Shown: positions 12,813 through 25,002, counted from the first letter of the whole stretch. The stretch is 63,617 bases of DNA, filler included, from Thraustochytrium aureum (GCA_012862495.1; 7 parts of 6 records of this genome joined end to end with filler, not necessarily neighbours in it), one strand, 5' to 3'. The notes: generated by a model from the letters alone, not told the origin. Numbers and translations: made by a program.

Positions 12813-13525
12813 CCTCCCCTTCGCTCGCACGCACGCTATGCACTACGCAACACGCCCAACTACACCTCCAAACCCTGCCTGCCTGCCTGCCGTCGCTGCG
12901 CGCTCGCAAACTCCGCTTNNNNNNNNNNNNNNNNNNNNNNNNNNNNNNNNNNNNNNNNNNNNNNNNNNNNNNNNNNNNNNNNNNNNNNNNNNNNNNNNNN
13001 NNNNNNNNNNNNNNNNNNNNNNNNNNNNNNNNNNNNNNNNNNNNNNNNNNNNNNNNNNNNNNNNNNNNNNNNNNNNNNNNNNNNNNNNNNNNNNNNNNNN
13101 NNNNNNNNNNNNNNNNNNNNNNNNNNNNNNNNNNNNNNNNNNNNNNNNNNNNNNNNNNNNNNNNNNNNNNNNNNNNNNNNNNNNNNNNNNNNNNNNNNNN
13201 NNNNNNNNNNNNNNNNNNNNNNNNNNNNNNNNNNNNNNNNNNNNNNNNNNNNNNNNNNNNNNNNNNNNNNNNNNNNNNNNNNNNNNNNNNNNNNNNNNNN
13301 NNNNNNNNNNNNNNNNNNNNNNNNNNNNNNNNNNNNNNNNNNNNNNNNNNNNNNNNNNNNNNNNNNNNNNNNNNNNNNNNNNNNNNNNNNNNNNNNNNNN
13401 NNNNNNNNNNNNNNNNNNNNNNNNNNNNNNNNNNNNNNNNNNNNNNNNNNNNNNNNNNNNNNNNNNNNNNNNNNNNNNNNNNNNNNNNNNNNNNNNNNNN
13501 NNNNNNNNNNNNNNNNNNNNNNNNN

Positions 13526-13633
13526 TCCTGCGTGGTCGTCGTCCTGCGTGGTCGTCGTCCTGCTTGATCGTCGTCCTGCGTGTCGTCGTCCTGCGTGGTC
13601 GTCCTGCGTGGTCGTCGTCCTGCGTGGTCGTCG
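13526..13633. repeat. Degenerate minisatellite (unit about TCCTGCGTGGTCGTCG) abutting a gap
   Basis: About 6-7 imperfect copies next to the 12919-13525 N gap. Confidence 0.8.
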
Positions 13634-13867
13634 CCCATATCGTCTTGATCGATCGACCGTCTTGGTCTTGGTCGTCCAGCCGTCGTTGGTGTCGCTGTGG
13701 GCTGGCCTGGCTGACTGGGTGGAGAAGACGGGCCGTGGACGGCGGCGCGGCGGCCTGGTTTGGTCGAGCGAGACGGGGACCTGGGTTTGGCCCCAAAAAG
13801 GCGGGCAATGGCGACGCCTGGGAAGCGAGATGAATGGAGGGGCGCGCTGACGGGCAAGTTGCCCAAG

Positions 13868-14955
13868 ATGAAGCTGATGGGCAAGATCAAGGCCGCTTTC
13901 GCGGAGCGCCAGGCCAAGGCGAGGCTACCGCCAACAGAATCGCGAGCCAGGGAGCGGTGCCGCGAGTGCGGTCAGAGCTCCATCGAGACCGACGAGGCCC
14001 TCGGGTCGGTCGTTTGTACAAACTGCGGCGTCGAGGTGGACCGCGTGCGCAAGGACCTCACCTTTGGCGCAGGCGCGAGCCAGTACGCCGCCGCGGCCTC
14101 CAAGGACAGCTACGTCCTCGACACGATCATCCGCGAGCGCGCCGTGGGCGTCACCACGAAGGTGCACAAGGCGCGCCTTCTCCGGCGCGCCGAGCGCGAG
14201 ATCTTCAGCCTTCTCGGCGCGAGCGACTTTGCTGCTGCGCTCGCGCTCGACTTGTTTGAGGCCTTTTCCAACACTGTAGAAAAACTCCGCGGTTTTCACC
14301 GCGTGCTAGAAGCCTGCGTGGCCTGCGCGACGCAGATGCAGCGCAGCAGCGCAGCTGGGTACCCGGCGCACGTCTCGGCGCGTGCGCCGGGCAGCGCTCC
14401 TCCCGTTAGGGCGCCCTCATTTCCGTGCAGCCAGTGCGGGCTGGACTTTAGCTGCGCCAAGGATAAGCGGATGCACAGGTGCAAGGCGCGCCACCGCATT
14501 GAGCACCAGCGGGAGCAGCAGCTCGCCGGTGGTGCTTCGCCAAAGGAAAAACCGGACGCCGGCGGAGCACGCCCGCCCTCGCGCCGCCCGCGGCCCTCGA
14601 GAGCCCTGCGCCGCTAACAGTCGCTGCGAGAGAGCCCAAGGCCTTGTCTAGCGCTTGGAGCGTAAAGACGGAGGCTGGCTCTCCGCAACCCGACTTTTCC
14701 GACGAGGGCGCGGAAACAGCAGGGCCCAAGCCTAGCCGCGGCGAGCGGCTCAGCACCGACGAAGCGGTCGCTGACAAGGAGGTCGCTGCGAAGGCGGTCG
14801 CGCCCGAAGTGGTCGCCGCCAAGGCGGTCGCGCCCGAAGTGGTCGCCGCCAAGGCGGCCTCTTCGGCGCATCTGTCGACAACGGCCGCCGCAAAGCGCAA
14901 GAGCGCAGGCGGCCGCGCCGCATCCTCGAAGCGGCGGCGGCTCAACCGCGTCTAA
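13868..14955 (+). CDS. Protein with TFIIB-type Zn ribbon and C2H2-like finger; frameshift near 14578
   Basis: CRECGQSSIETDEALGSVVCTNCG; FPCSQCGLDFSCAKDKRMHRC; continues in the 14644 frame with (VAAKAVAPEV)x2 and a basic NLS-like tail KRRRLNRV. An upstream ATG at 13808 is also possible. Confidence 0.65.
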
Positions 14956-15414
14956 TCTGTAGCGGCACTGAGTGACGGCTCATGTAAAAACAAAGCACAG
15001 CCGTCCGAGCAGGCTCCCCGATCAACAACACCGTGCATTCCCTCCTTCATCGTCGACCTCGCCCGCACGCTGCGCAGGGCGTTGGCCCCACTTAGGCGCT
15101 GGTTCGCTCGACCAGCGGCCGGGGGGCCGAACGAACGCCGTGCCGCTCGATGCCAGCGCGCACGCAGGCCGCAGCGCGCAGGCGCCACGCAGCCCAGGAA
15201 GGATTCATGTCGCGTAAGTGCTCATGCAGGTCGATCGGCGGCCGCGTCGATGATCTGTAGACAGAGTCTTGCGTTGGCCCAAAATGAGTGTCATTCTGGC
15301 AAGTTGCCGAGCATCGAGCAGGCCAGAAACGCGCTCGGACGCAGCGCGCGGCGTGCGCCAGGACCCTGAGCAGCAGAGCTCGAAGCGCGAGCAGCAGGGC
15401 CCGGCACCGACATC

Positions 15415-17517
15415 ATGGTGACCGCCGGGCTAAGCAGCGGCGGCGGCGGCAGCGGCGGCGGCGGCGGCGGCGACAGAGTGGCGGGCATCGAGTCGGGGTT
15501 GGACGGAGGTCCCGACCTCTCCGCGCCTGTCGGCGGCAGCGGCGGCGCGAGAGTGCCGCGGTTTGGGCCCGCGGGAGGCGCCGCGCGAAGAGCCCTGCAA
15601 GGCAACCAGGTGCGCATCGGCACGTACACGAGGCTGGATGACGGGATTGAGTTTGACCGCGGGAGCAAGTGGACGAGGTTCAAAAAGTCGGCCCGCAGGC
15701 GGGCTGCGCGGTGGAGCAATTGGGCGGTTTTCCTCTGCATACGGCTGCTGCGCTCGTGTGGCTTTATGGTCGACCCGGTGGATGTGATTCGCGCCGGGCA
15801 GCAGGCGGGCGGAGGCGGCGGCGGCGGCGGCGGCGCGTCCTGGGAAAGCTCTGACGACGACGACGGCGAGTCCCAGGCTGGCGCAAGCGTTGTGTTCTGG
15901 CACAACGCCAGACTGGGGAGCGCCGCGTTGGCTCTAGGCCTTGTCACTGCGCTCGAGCCCATCTTGCTCAAGGTCATGTCGGACCACGCCATGGTGGACG
16001 AGCACCGCGACTACCGGTACGTCCTCTCGCAGCTGCTGCTCCTCAGCCATCTCCCGCTCGCCATGGGCTCTGGTCTCTGGTACGCAATAAAGTACTCGCC
16101 CACTGCCATGGAGTCGTGCGCGTTCCCCAAGATGTGGTTCATACTCCTCGCCTTCCTCAACGCGCTCCACATGCTCATGCTGTTTGTCCCGAGCGGGGCT
16201 GTGCCGGGCCCGCTCACCGTCCTCCTCGTCCACACCCAAGTCCCCTTTGTGCACGTGGTCTCGCTGGCGGCCTCCGCGGTGATGGGCTTTATCGAATTCG
16301 TTCTTCCGACGCTCCCAGTCATGTTCGACGACCCCGAGCAGGACCCAGACCTCTCAGCGACAGACCGCATGCTGTTCAACCAGTACGGCGTCGGCCCGGG
16401 TGGGCTGGACACCATTCAAGAGAGCGGCGGAGAGGGCGCAAGACGCAGCTTGGTAGCTCTGCCGCGAGCCCCATCAGGGGCGCGCAGCAGGGACCAGCGC
16501 AAGCGGCCTGGACTGTGGAAGCGGGGGCTCGAGTTTGTGAGGGCAAATATTTGCCCGCGCCCCGGCGCCGTGGTGTCGAGCGTGATCATTTGTGCAGGGG
16601 CCGCGATCGGCATGCTGCCGGTCTTGACCAAGAATGGGGACGCTCTCGGCTTCAACTCATACTGTTTCGTGTTTCACGACAAGTGCCTCATCAGCACCGT
16701 CTACTTTGTGCTGTCCGCGGCGCCCGCGGCGCTCTCCACCGTCTGCCTGGAGCGCACTCTGGTCGGCTATTCGGTCCCCGTCGCGCCGCTCCTCTCGCAC
16801 GCCTGGCTCGTGCCCATGCAGTTTGTCTTTGGCGTGCTCTTGGCGCCGGTGGGGCGCCACCTGCAGCACCCAGAGCGGCCTTGGGTCAACATCAGCACTC
16901 AGCTCGGGGACCTGGACACTGAGCTCGTCGCGGGGCTAAAGTGCGTCCTGCAGGGCAAGGAGACAGGGGTGGACCTCATCGGGTTTGCGGACCCGGACTG
17001 GTGCAAGCCCCTGTTGCCGCTGCTGGTCCTCTTTGTGGCGGTCAGCTTTTCGTTTCATATGCTTACGTTGTACGTGATGAAGCACGGCACGGAGGTTCTC
17101 TTGCGCCTTTGCACGGCTGGCGCGATCCCGTTCGGCTGGGGCGTGTTGGCTGTCTACGACCTCAATTTCCAGCCGCACGTCAAGCCCATTGTGCCGACGC
17201 AGGTGGTGATCTCGGCCTTTTCCAAGATCTCCATGGTTTGCGTTATGCTCGGCCTGCTCTTTCACACCACTGTGGAGGAGCCGGGAACAAGCTACGTGCT
17301 TACGTCGCCCTTCGAGGAGCGAGACCGCGTCTTTATCGAGGAGGCCTCAGAGCGTCATCGCCGCCAGCTCTTGGAGGCCAAGGCGCAGGCTCGCACTGCA
17401 GCAGAGGCCTCGATTGGCGCCGTTACCACGCAGGCTGTTGATTCCCTAGAGTCGGCCGTCGCGCGCAACGAGTGCGGTCAGGTCGCACTGTCGCAAAGGG
17501 CCTTCGAGGACACTTGA
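15415..17517 (+). CDS. CRT-like (chloroquine-resistance-transporter family, DMT superfamily) transporter
   Basis: About 10 TM helices; FPKMWFILLAFLNALHMLMLFVPSGAVPGPLTVLL and a GLKC...DWC loop resemble CRT/CLT proteins; intact 700-aa ORF. Confidence 0.75.
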   Translation: MVTAGLSSGGGGSGGGGGGDRVAGIESGLDGGPDLSAPVGGSGGARVPRFGPAGGAARRALQGNQVRIGTYTRLDDGIEFDRGSKWTRFKKSARRRAARWSNWAVFLCIRLLRSCGFMVDPVDVIRAGQQAGGGGGGGGGASWESSDDDDGESQAGASVVFWHNARLGSAALALGLVTALEPILLKVMSDHAMVDEHRDYRYVLSQLLLLSHLPLAMGSGLWYAIKYSPTAMESCAFPKMWFILLAFLNALHMLMLFVPSGAVPGPLTVLLVHTQVPFVHVVSLAASAVMGFIEFVLPTLPVMFDDPEQDPDLSATDRMLFNQYGVGPGGLDTIQESGGEGARRSLVALPRAPSGARSRDQRKRPGLWKRGLEFVRANICPRPGAVVSSVIICAGAAIGMLPVLTKNGDALGFNSYCFVFHDKCLISTVYFVLSAAPAALSTVCLERTLVGYSVPVAPLLSHAWLVPMQFVFGVLLAPVGRHLQHPERPWVNISTQLGDLDTELVAGLKCVLQGKETGVDLIGFADPDWCKPLLPLLVLFVAVSFSFHMLTLYVMKHGTEVLLRLCTAGAIPFGWGVLAVYDLNFQPHVKPIVPTQVVISAFSKISMVCVMLGLLFHTTVEEPGTSYVLTSPFEERDRVFIEEASERHRRQLLEAKAQARTAAEASIGAVTTQAVDSLESAVARNECGQVALSQRAFEDT

Positions 17518-19439
17518 CCTCGCAAACAAACAGACAGACAACCCACACCAAACCAAAGCAAGCGACCGTCTCGTCCAGTAGCCGGCCTGTAGAACCTTGT
17601 TGGGGGGGGGTGGCGACGCGACTGGGTGAAGTGGCGCCCGTTTTGCAGCATCAAGCAAGGACACCTTTTGTGCATTCCAAACCAGCCAACACGTGCTGAC
17701 TTGTGTCAACAAGGCGGGCGAGCGCTATTCAAGTTTCTCAACGAGGTGCTGCTTGGGCCAAGGAGGAGAGCGGTCTGCTCAGGAAAACTGACTGGCGACA
17801 AGCAAAAGGAGAAGATGGGAGCTCAGCCAGGATCGAGGGCTGCGCAAATAGTCCGGCGTGCCCGGGATCCCGCATAGTCGCCGTGGGGATGAAAAGCGAG
17901 ATCATGCGCCGCGCCAGATCATGCGCCGCGCCGACTGCATCCGGCCTTGCCATTTCGCGATGATTCCGCAGAGAACAGGCACGGAGGCGCTCGGCCTGCT
18001 TCTCGTGACCCGGAATGAGCGGCCACGTGCCCAGATCTGCTCGTTGATTGATCATGACAAGTGACGCCCAAAACGAGTTCAAACCCATCGTTGCGCCGAG
18101 TTGAAAGAGAAGGGTGGGCTCGCGAGGTTAGCCAGCCACCAGCGGAGCGCTCCCTCGGCGAGCGGCCTGTGCCGTACAAGAACAAAGCGAGAGCTCGCCA
18201 GCAGTCTCAATCAACAAAATGCATTTCTTTTCCACGTGCAGCTTCTTTCCAAAGGCGCGCGGGTCAACTCGTCGAAGCCAGTGCAATGCCGCGCCCGCCC
18301 TGCTCGAACGGTCGGTCCCACGGGTCAACTACTCCAGCACAATGTGGGCCAAAGCAGGGCATTTTCCCCCGTAAAGCAAGACCGTTAGCACCATGAGGGG
18401 TCGTCGCGCGTCCCAACGCGCCCCAACGCGCCGAAACGAAGCCCACTCGGGCTCCGACGACCGAAGCTCGGCCGCCGCCGGCACACCTCATCGCATCGGC
18501 ATCCGAATCCGAGCCAGGGAGAGACAGACAAGCTGCCAGGCGCGCTTGGCCAACGGCACTCGCCGCCAGCGTCGCGCAACGGACGAAAGTCACGAAACAA
18601 GAGGGGAAAAAAGGGCCACTCGGCAACGGACGGCGAGACCGCACGCCCTCGCCGCCGCTGTCGCAGGGCGCTTCCACGCCGCCCTGCATCAACTGCTGCA
18701 CCTCCTGCTGCTGGTGCTGCTGGTCTTCTTGCCGTTCGTCAGCGTCCTGGTCAGCGACGAGTTGCGCGGTGGGACAGGGACGGGACAAGCCAAAAGTGGA
18801 TTTCATAGGCGCCAAGGTGGCGTCAAGTTCATTCATGCCAGTGGAGCAGCAGACGCCGTTTGAAGCATTGCAGACACCAAACAGCAGCAGCGGCAGCAGC
18901 ANNNNNNNNNNNNNNNNNNNNNNNNNNNNNNNNNNNNNNNNNNNNNNNNNNNNNNNNNNNNNNNNNNNNNNNNNNNNNNNNNNNNNNNNNNNNNNNNNNN
19001 NNNNNNNNNNNNNNNNNNNNNNNNNNNNNNNNNNNNNNNNNNNNNNNNNNNNNNNNNNNNNNNNNNNNNNNNNNNNNNNNNNNNNNNNNNNNNNNNNNNN
19101 NNNNNNNNNNNNNNNNNNNNNNNNNNNNNNNNNNNNNNNNNNNNNNNNNNNNNNNNNNNNNNNNNNNNNNNNNNNNNNNNNNNNNNNNNNNNNNNNNNNN
19201 NNNNNNNNNNNNNNNNNNNNNNNNNNNNNNNNNNNNNNNNNNNNNNNNNNNNNNNNNNNNNNNNNNNNNNNNNNNNNNNNNNNNNNNNNNNNNNNNNNNN
19301 NNNNNNNNNNNNNNNNNNNNNNNNNNNNNNNNNNNNNNNNNNNNNNNNNNNNNNNNNNNNNNNNNNNNNNNNNNNNNNNNNNNNNNNNNNNNNNNNNNNN
19401 NNNNNNNNNNNNNNNNNNNNNNNNNNNNNNNNNNNNNNN

Positions 19440-20014
19440 AGAGCAAGGACAAGGCCGTAGCTGCCAAAGCCAAGCCGCAGAGCAAGGACAAGGCGAAGAG
19501 CGGGCCGAAGAAAGCCAGCAAAGCCGACACGCCCGTCAAAAAGCCCGCGGCCGCCGTGAACGACAAGAAACAGCTGGCCAAGAAGCCGAGCGGCAAGGCC
19601 AAGGCCCCCAAAACACCCGCAAAGGCGGTCACCAAGGAGAGCGCGCGCAAGGCGCTCGAGAAGGCCTCCGCCGGCAAGCGCAAAGAGGCGCGCGCAAACA
19701 AGCTGCGCAAGGCGCGGGCTGCTGCCGCCGCCGAAAAGCCCGACCAAGCCACCTTGGACCGCGAGATGGCCGAGTACTGGCACAAGGCAGGCAAGGGGCC
19801 GGACCCCCGCCTCGCTGACCTGAACGAGGACATGGACAAGTACTGGGACGCCAAGAAAGCCGCGGCAGACGTCGCGCCCGAGGCGCAGCTCGAAGCTGCC
19901 GAGGCAGCACCAGAGCCTGCTCAAGACGTCGCGCAAGACACAGAGCGCGCAGAGGCTGACGAGGGCAGCCTTGCGCCGGAAGCGCCCGCCGAGCTCGCCA
20001 ACCAAGACTTCTGA
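19440..20014 (+). CDS. Lys/Ala-rich protein with C-terminal duplicated FoP/CHTOP-type motif; 5' end in gap
   Basis: LDREMAEYW...LNEDMDKYW resembles the duplicated LD-x-E-L/M-D-x-Y motif of CHTOP/ALYREF-type proteins. Confidence 0.6.
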
Positions 20015-20034
20015 TTGATTGATTGATTGATTGA
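20012..20034. repeat. (TGAT)n microsatellite starting at the stop codon
   Basis: TGATTGATTGATTGATTGATTGA. Confidence 0.9.
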
Positions 20035-20803
20035 GAACAATGTGAATTGACCGACTTGCAACTTGACCTCTTGCCTCCTTGCCTCGCCCGTCCGTCTGCA
20101 CTGCGCTGTGCGCGCGCTGCGCGGTGGCGGAGAACAACGGCTGTTGCAGTTGCCGCCTCCCTGACCCTTTCCTCTCTTACTTACCTCGGAGTTGGTTGCG
20201 TTGGGGTCAAGGCGGTAGGAACAGCGAAAAAAGTCGATGTGGCAAGCTCGACGACGTGCAACCAAGTAACTGTTCGAGAGCGCGCGCGGAGCTGCCGAAA
20301 GTCAGCACGGGTCGTGCTACCGGTAAGTAGGCTAGTGGTACGTTACGTGGGTGGTAAAACTGCGCTGCACGTTATTCTCTCGCAGGGCGTCAAGTTGGGC
20401 GTGCGCGATTGGAGAAGGCGTTCGCCGTTGAAAACGCAGATTGACTGCTCGTCACCAGTGTATCGTGCGTGCCCCACAGTAGTCAGCAACTTCGTCCCGC
20501 GCAATGGGTCAAGTTCTCGGAGACTCTTTGCACGGACTGGAATTGCCGAAGCATTTGTCGATGCCAGTGCAGTTGCCCCGGCCAGAACGCCAAAGGCACA
20601 GGCCCGCGGACGATTTGCTGACAGCGCGCGCGAGGGGAACGGACGAAGGCCGCCCATCGCATGGCGAGCATGACCTGCACTCGCCGTCGCCGTGGCGAAC
20701 AGACCTTTAACTCATTTTAAACTCAGGGCGCGAGCGAGTCGAACAGGAGGCTCAAACAGGCCAACGTTGTTGTTGGCGGCTGCGCAGGTTCAGGAAAGGC
20801 CAG

Positions 20804-22549
20804 ATGACCGCGACACAAGCGGTTCGGTCGGCGTGGCGCTCGGCCACGTCGCTCAACTACTTTCGGCTCCATGTGCTGTACTTTGTAGCCACCACTCTCC
20901 TCGGGAGCGCCGCGCTGGTCGGCTTCGAGAAGGGAACGCTGGGCTGGGTGGACGCCTGGTTCACGACGGTGAGCGCGATGACTGTCACCGGCCTGGGCGT
21001 CGTGGACTTTCCCTCGCTCACGCTCCCGTCCAAGTCTGTCGTGTGGGTGCTGATCTGCCTCGGCGGGCAAACTGTCTTTGCACTTGTGCCGCTCATCCTC
21101 CGCAAGGTCAAGCAAAACGTGGTTACGTGCCAGCCAACAACGAAGCGAGGCAGCGGTGCGGCAGCTCCACGTCCGCCAGACCTGCACGCCACTCCGCCTG
21201 GCGACGGAGCGGCAGCTTCACTAGTGCACGCATCAGAGCAGGCGCAGCAAGGCATCGGCGCGCAGAACGGGCAGACGCAGAGCGACGCCGAAGCGATCGA
21301 GCAGCAACCAACGGATACCGGCTCGGAGGAAAAGGACTGCGTCACGCTTCTCTTTCGCGTTTATGTTGTGTACGGCGTCGTCTGCACGCTCTTTGGATTC
21401 GTCTCGCTCGCCATCTATTGCTCGTTTTCGGCGTCGGCGCAAGCCGTGCTGCAAAGCCAGGGCGTTGGGGCTGTCGAGTTTGCTGCGTTTACCGCCGTGT
21501 CGGGCTTCAACAATGCCGGCTTCTCCGTGTTTTCCTCCTCTCTCGTTCCGTTCCAGGACGACGCTTTCGTGGTGCTCATCACGTGCGTCCTGATCACGGC
21601 GGGGAACACCCTGTTCCCCGTCTTCATTCGCGGCAGCATTGTCCTGCTCAGCAAGACTCGCTACGGCGCTCGGCGCCAGGCCCTGTTCAAGGCCGTGCTC
21701 GACACTCCACGTAGCTACACGACCCACATGTTTGATCGACAAAGCTCGCTTTTCCTCCTGGGCCTCTGGCTCGTCGTGACCGTCTTCCAGTTCGTCCTCT
21801 ACACCGCGGTTCCTTTCAACGCGCCGGTTGAAGACCGGCTCGACTACAAAGCTCTCGACATGTTCTTCACAACCATCACTACGCGGACTGCGGGGTTCAA
21901 CGTCATCGACCTCAACGCCTTAAACCCTGGCATCCTCGTGCTGCAGGTCCTGCTCATGTACTTGTCGTCCTACCCGTTCATTGTGACGATCAAGACGACG
22001 GCCAGGACGCGGGCCGCAGTGGCTGCCCCGAACAAGGTTGACGGCGCACAGCAGTCGGGAGCCGGAGACCTGGAGCAGCAGCAAGTCAATCCGGCGCCAG
22101 ATTTGAAAGTTGGCGGTGAGGTCGCAGATCGCATCAAGAAAACGCTTTCCCAAGACCTCGTGTGGCTCGCGCTTGGCACGTGGCTCATCGCGATCGCAGA
22201 CCCGTCCCTCTCCATTGAGAGTCTCTATCGCCTCATCTGGGAGGTGACTAGCGCGTACGGCAACGTAGGCCTCAGTCTGTCAACCGCTGCGGACGTTGCC
22301 AGCTTCTCCAGTGGGTTCACCGCCTTCTCAAAGTTGGTTATCACGGCAGTGATGATTGCTGGCCGGCATCGAGGCATGCCTCTGCATCTCGATGCCGCCA
22401 TCGAGCTGATCGCGGTCAAGCAAGCACCCCAAAAGGCTCGCCTCCTGATTCATAGCCTCCCACCCGGTAGGCGGTTCCACACGATCGGGCACGGGCGCGA
22501 GAAGGAGCCCAAGCTCAAAGCCGACGTCCAGTCGCTCTTCCTCGCATGA
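20804..22549 (+). CDS. Trk/HKT family K+ (Na+) transporter
   Basis: Four pore-loop signatures: SAMTVTGL, SGFNNAGFS, TTRTAGFN, EVTSAYGNVGLS; C-terminal GRHRGMP...DAAI. Confidence 0.92.
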   Translation: MTATQAVRSAWRSATSLNYFRLHVLYFVATTLLGSAALVGFEKGTLGWVDAWFTTVSAMTVTGLGVVDFPSLTLPSKSVVWVLICLGGQTVFALVPLILRKVKQNVVTCQPTTKRGSGAAAPRPPDLHATPPGDGAAASLVHASEQAQQGIGAQNGQTQSDAEAIEQQPTDTGSEEKDCVTLLFRVYVVYGVVCTLFGFVSLAIYCSFSASAQAVLQSQGVGAVEFAAFTAVSGFNNAGFSVFSSSLVPFQDDAFVVLITCVLITAGNTLFPVFIRGSIVLLSKTRYGARRQALFKAVLDTPRSYTTHMFDRQSSLFLLGLWLVVTVFQFVLYTAVPFNAPVEDRLDYKALDMFFTTITTRTAGFNVIDLNALNPGILVLQVLLMYLSSYPFIVTIKTTARTRAAVAAPNKVDGAQQSGAGDLEQQQVNPAPDLKVGGEVADRIKKTLSQDLVWLALGTWLIAIADPSLSIESLYRLIWEVTSAYGNVGLSLSTAADVASFSSGFTAFSKLVITAVMIAGRHRGMPLHLDAAIELIAVKQAPQKARLLIHSLPPGRRFHTIGHGREKEPKLKADVQSLFLA

Positions 22550-22980
22550 CGTCGCGTAGCCATGCTGGCCTACGTGGCAAGAATAGGACGGGGCGACGAC
22601 GAGCATTCACTCTTCGATGCCCTTCTTCTGGCTAGTACGAAGGAAGGCCAACCACCTTGGCGGCCTCCTGGGCAGCAGCAACACAACCAACCACGCCCCT
22701 ATGCGCAAACTAGCTAGCTAGAGTATCTGTGAGAAGGGCCAAAGAGAGAAGTGCAGCCATTCACTCGGCAACCAAGCTGAGCCTCGAGTTCGATTGCCGA
22801 TCGTTGTCGTTGTCGACTCGAGATAGCCCGAGCCAGAAGCAAAACAGATGCAAAATGGGGTGATGGAGGGCTATGAATTCAGCTCCACATTAAAGTGTCG
22901 TTGCGCGACCAACAACGCGCGTGCACGAGCCGGAGCGGCCTTGCTCCATGCTGGCGCAAACCAACCTTTAGGTCTGGCCA

Positions 22981-24661
22981 CTACGCGGTCGCGGCGATGC
23001 GCAAGGCGAATTGTCGTCGATAATAAGGTACGTGGCGCATCCCAAAGTGCAGTGGCTTCCCAAAGCCCACAGTCATTGCGAAGAGCAGAGCGAAAACGCC
23101 GCAGTCGTACCCATTCGTCTGCATGGGAATGTCCTGGTGGTACACTTTTGCCCAGGCCCCCGTGTCGAGCTTCTCGCCTGTTTTATCCTCGACCTCGTCG
23201 GCGAGCCATCGCGCCAAGCCGTCCAGGCACACCTCGTTGCGGATGCCCAACGAGTCATAGTAGTGAAACGCCCGACCGCCGACGTCAATCACAGCGCACG
23301 ACCAGTGCGTCCCCTCGTGGATCGGAACCACGATGCGGTCGAGCTCGAGCACCTTGATCTTCTTCCTCTTTTGTCCAGCGCCGGACGTTGGCGTACGTGT
23401 AGGCTTTCACGCCCGTGTCGGCGCCTTCCTCGTGGTTCATCAGCTTGCGTAAAAATGGGTGTTCCCACACCCACACGCGGAGCCCGCTTCGGCCTGCCTG
23501 GCCCGCCCGAGGCTCCTCGTTCAGCTGGTCAAGGAGAAAGTTGATCACCTCGTCGTTCAGCCACTGCCCGTCTCGTAGGCACATGATCTGCTCGCGGTCG
23601 ATGGTGGTCGTTTTGTTTTTGCCAACGACTTGGTCCGCGTCGCTCTCGGTGTCCCAAATTTGCGCCAAAACCGCCTCTTCGGCGTTCGTGAGGCGCTCCC
23701 CATTCGGTCCCACGACGCCGCCCTCCCCTTCGCTGGGGACCCTCTGGATTTCGCCTTGGGAGCTCGGAGAGCTCGGCTCCCGTGAAACGGGCCGCCGGCG
23801 TGCGCGGTCCAGCTCGAGTGCGGCCTTGTACTCGGCAGCGAGCTTCTCGACCACATCAGCGCCGAGCGCCGGCACAGACGCACAAACGGTATGAGGCCGC
23901 CGCTCATCAAACTCCAAAGCAGCGAGCTCAGGGTTAGGCTCCGAAGCAGGCAACGCCGGGGGAGGACGGACGCGACGCAGGGTCGCCTCGACGTGGGACC
24001 TGTACCTCTGCACCGACATGGCCCGGAATGCGGTGGGCACGGTGTTGTACATGCGCGCAAAGGCTTGTTCTTGTAGCTCGCGCTCGAGCCGCGCCCGCCT
24101 CGCGCAAGCCTTGGCGATGGACTCCTCCTTCGCTCGCTCGGCCACGAGGAACTCTCGACGGACACTCGGCCGCCCCTTGCGGCGGTGCTGCGCAACAACC
24201 GATTGCGCTGACCCCGGCGCGGAGCCCAGTGACGTGGTATTTGCGAAGGTGCTGTGCATGTCGCCGCGGCCCACAGGCGAATACATCGACTCTGCAGAGC
24301 CTGCCGAGCCTGCCGAGCCTGGGCTCGTTTCCCGCCATCGCTTGCGCGAGCCGCCATTAAGCGCTAACATGTTGGGGTTTTGTGTGGACGAAGAAAGCGC
24401 GTGTTCGTCCTCCACCGCGGCCGCCGGCGCCGACAGCCGCTTCCTACGCTCCGCCTTGCGGCGCTTGGCAGCGCGTCGCTTTCGCTCGCTCGCCGGAGTC
24501 TGCGCGCGCACCAAGGCTATCAGTTCAGCGACAGACTCCGGCTCGCCCAGCACCTCCTGGATCAAGGCTTCCTCGTCAAAGGCGGCGTGGCCTGGCGCGC
24601 TCGCGCTGCCGGCAACGACGGTCGGCGACGCGCCTCTGGCTCGTTTAGCGGGTTGCTCGCC
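22981..24661 (-). CDS. Ulp1/SENP SUMO protease (peptidase C48); frameshift near 23365, 5' end in gap
   Basis: CLRDGQWLNDEVINF, YANVRRWT, then IVVPIHEGTHWSC, YYDSLG, PMQTNGYDCGVF (His-Asp-Cys triad). Confidence 0.9.
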
Positions 24662-25002
24662 NNNNNNNNNNNNNNNNNNNNNNNNNNNNNNNNNNNNNNN
24701 NNNNNNNNNNNNNNNNNNNNNNNNNNNNNNNNNNNNNNNNNNNNNNNNNNNNNNNNNNNNNNNNNNNNNNNNNNNNNNNNNNNNNNNNNNNNNNNNNNNN
24801 NNNNNNNNNNNNNNNNNNNNNNNNNNNNNNNNNNNNNNNNNNNNNNNNNNNNNNNNNNNNNNNNNNNNNNNNNNNNNNNNNNNNNNNNNNNNNNNNNNNN
24901 NNNNNNNNNNNNNNNNNNNNNNNNNNNNNNNNNNNNNNNNNNNNNNNNNNNNNNNNNNNNNNNNNNNNNNNNNNNNNNNNNNNNNNNNNNNNNNNNNNNN
25001 NN

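Noticed and set aside
18393..18863. 156-aa ORF with a Leu-rich stretch
   Set aside because: Could be a real N-terminal exon but has no family signal and runs toward a gap; insufficient support.
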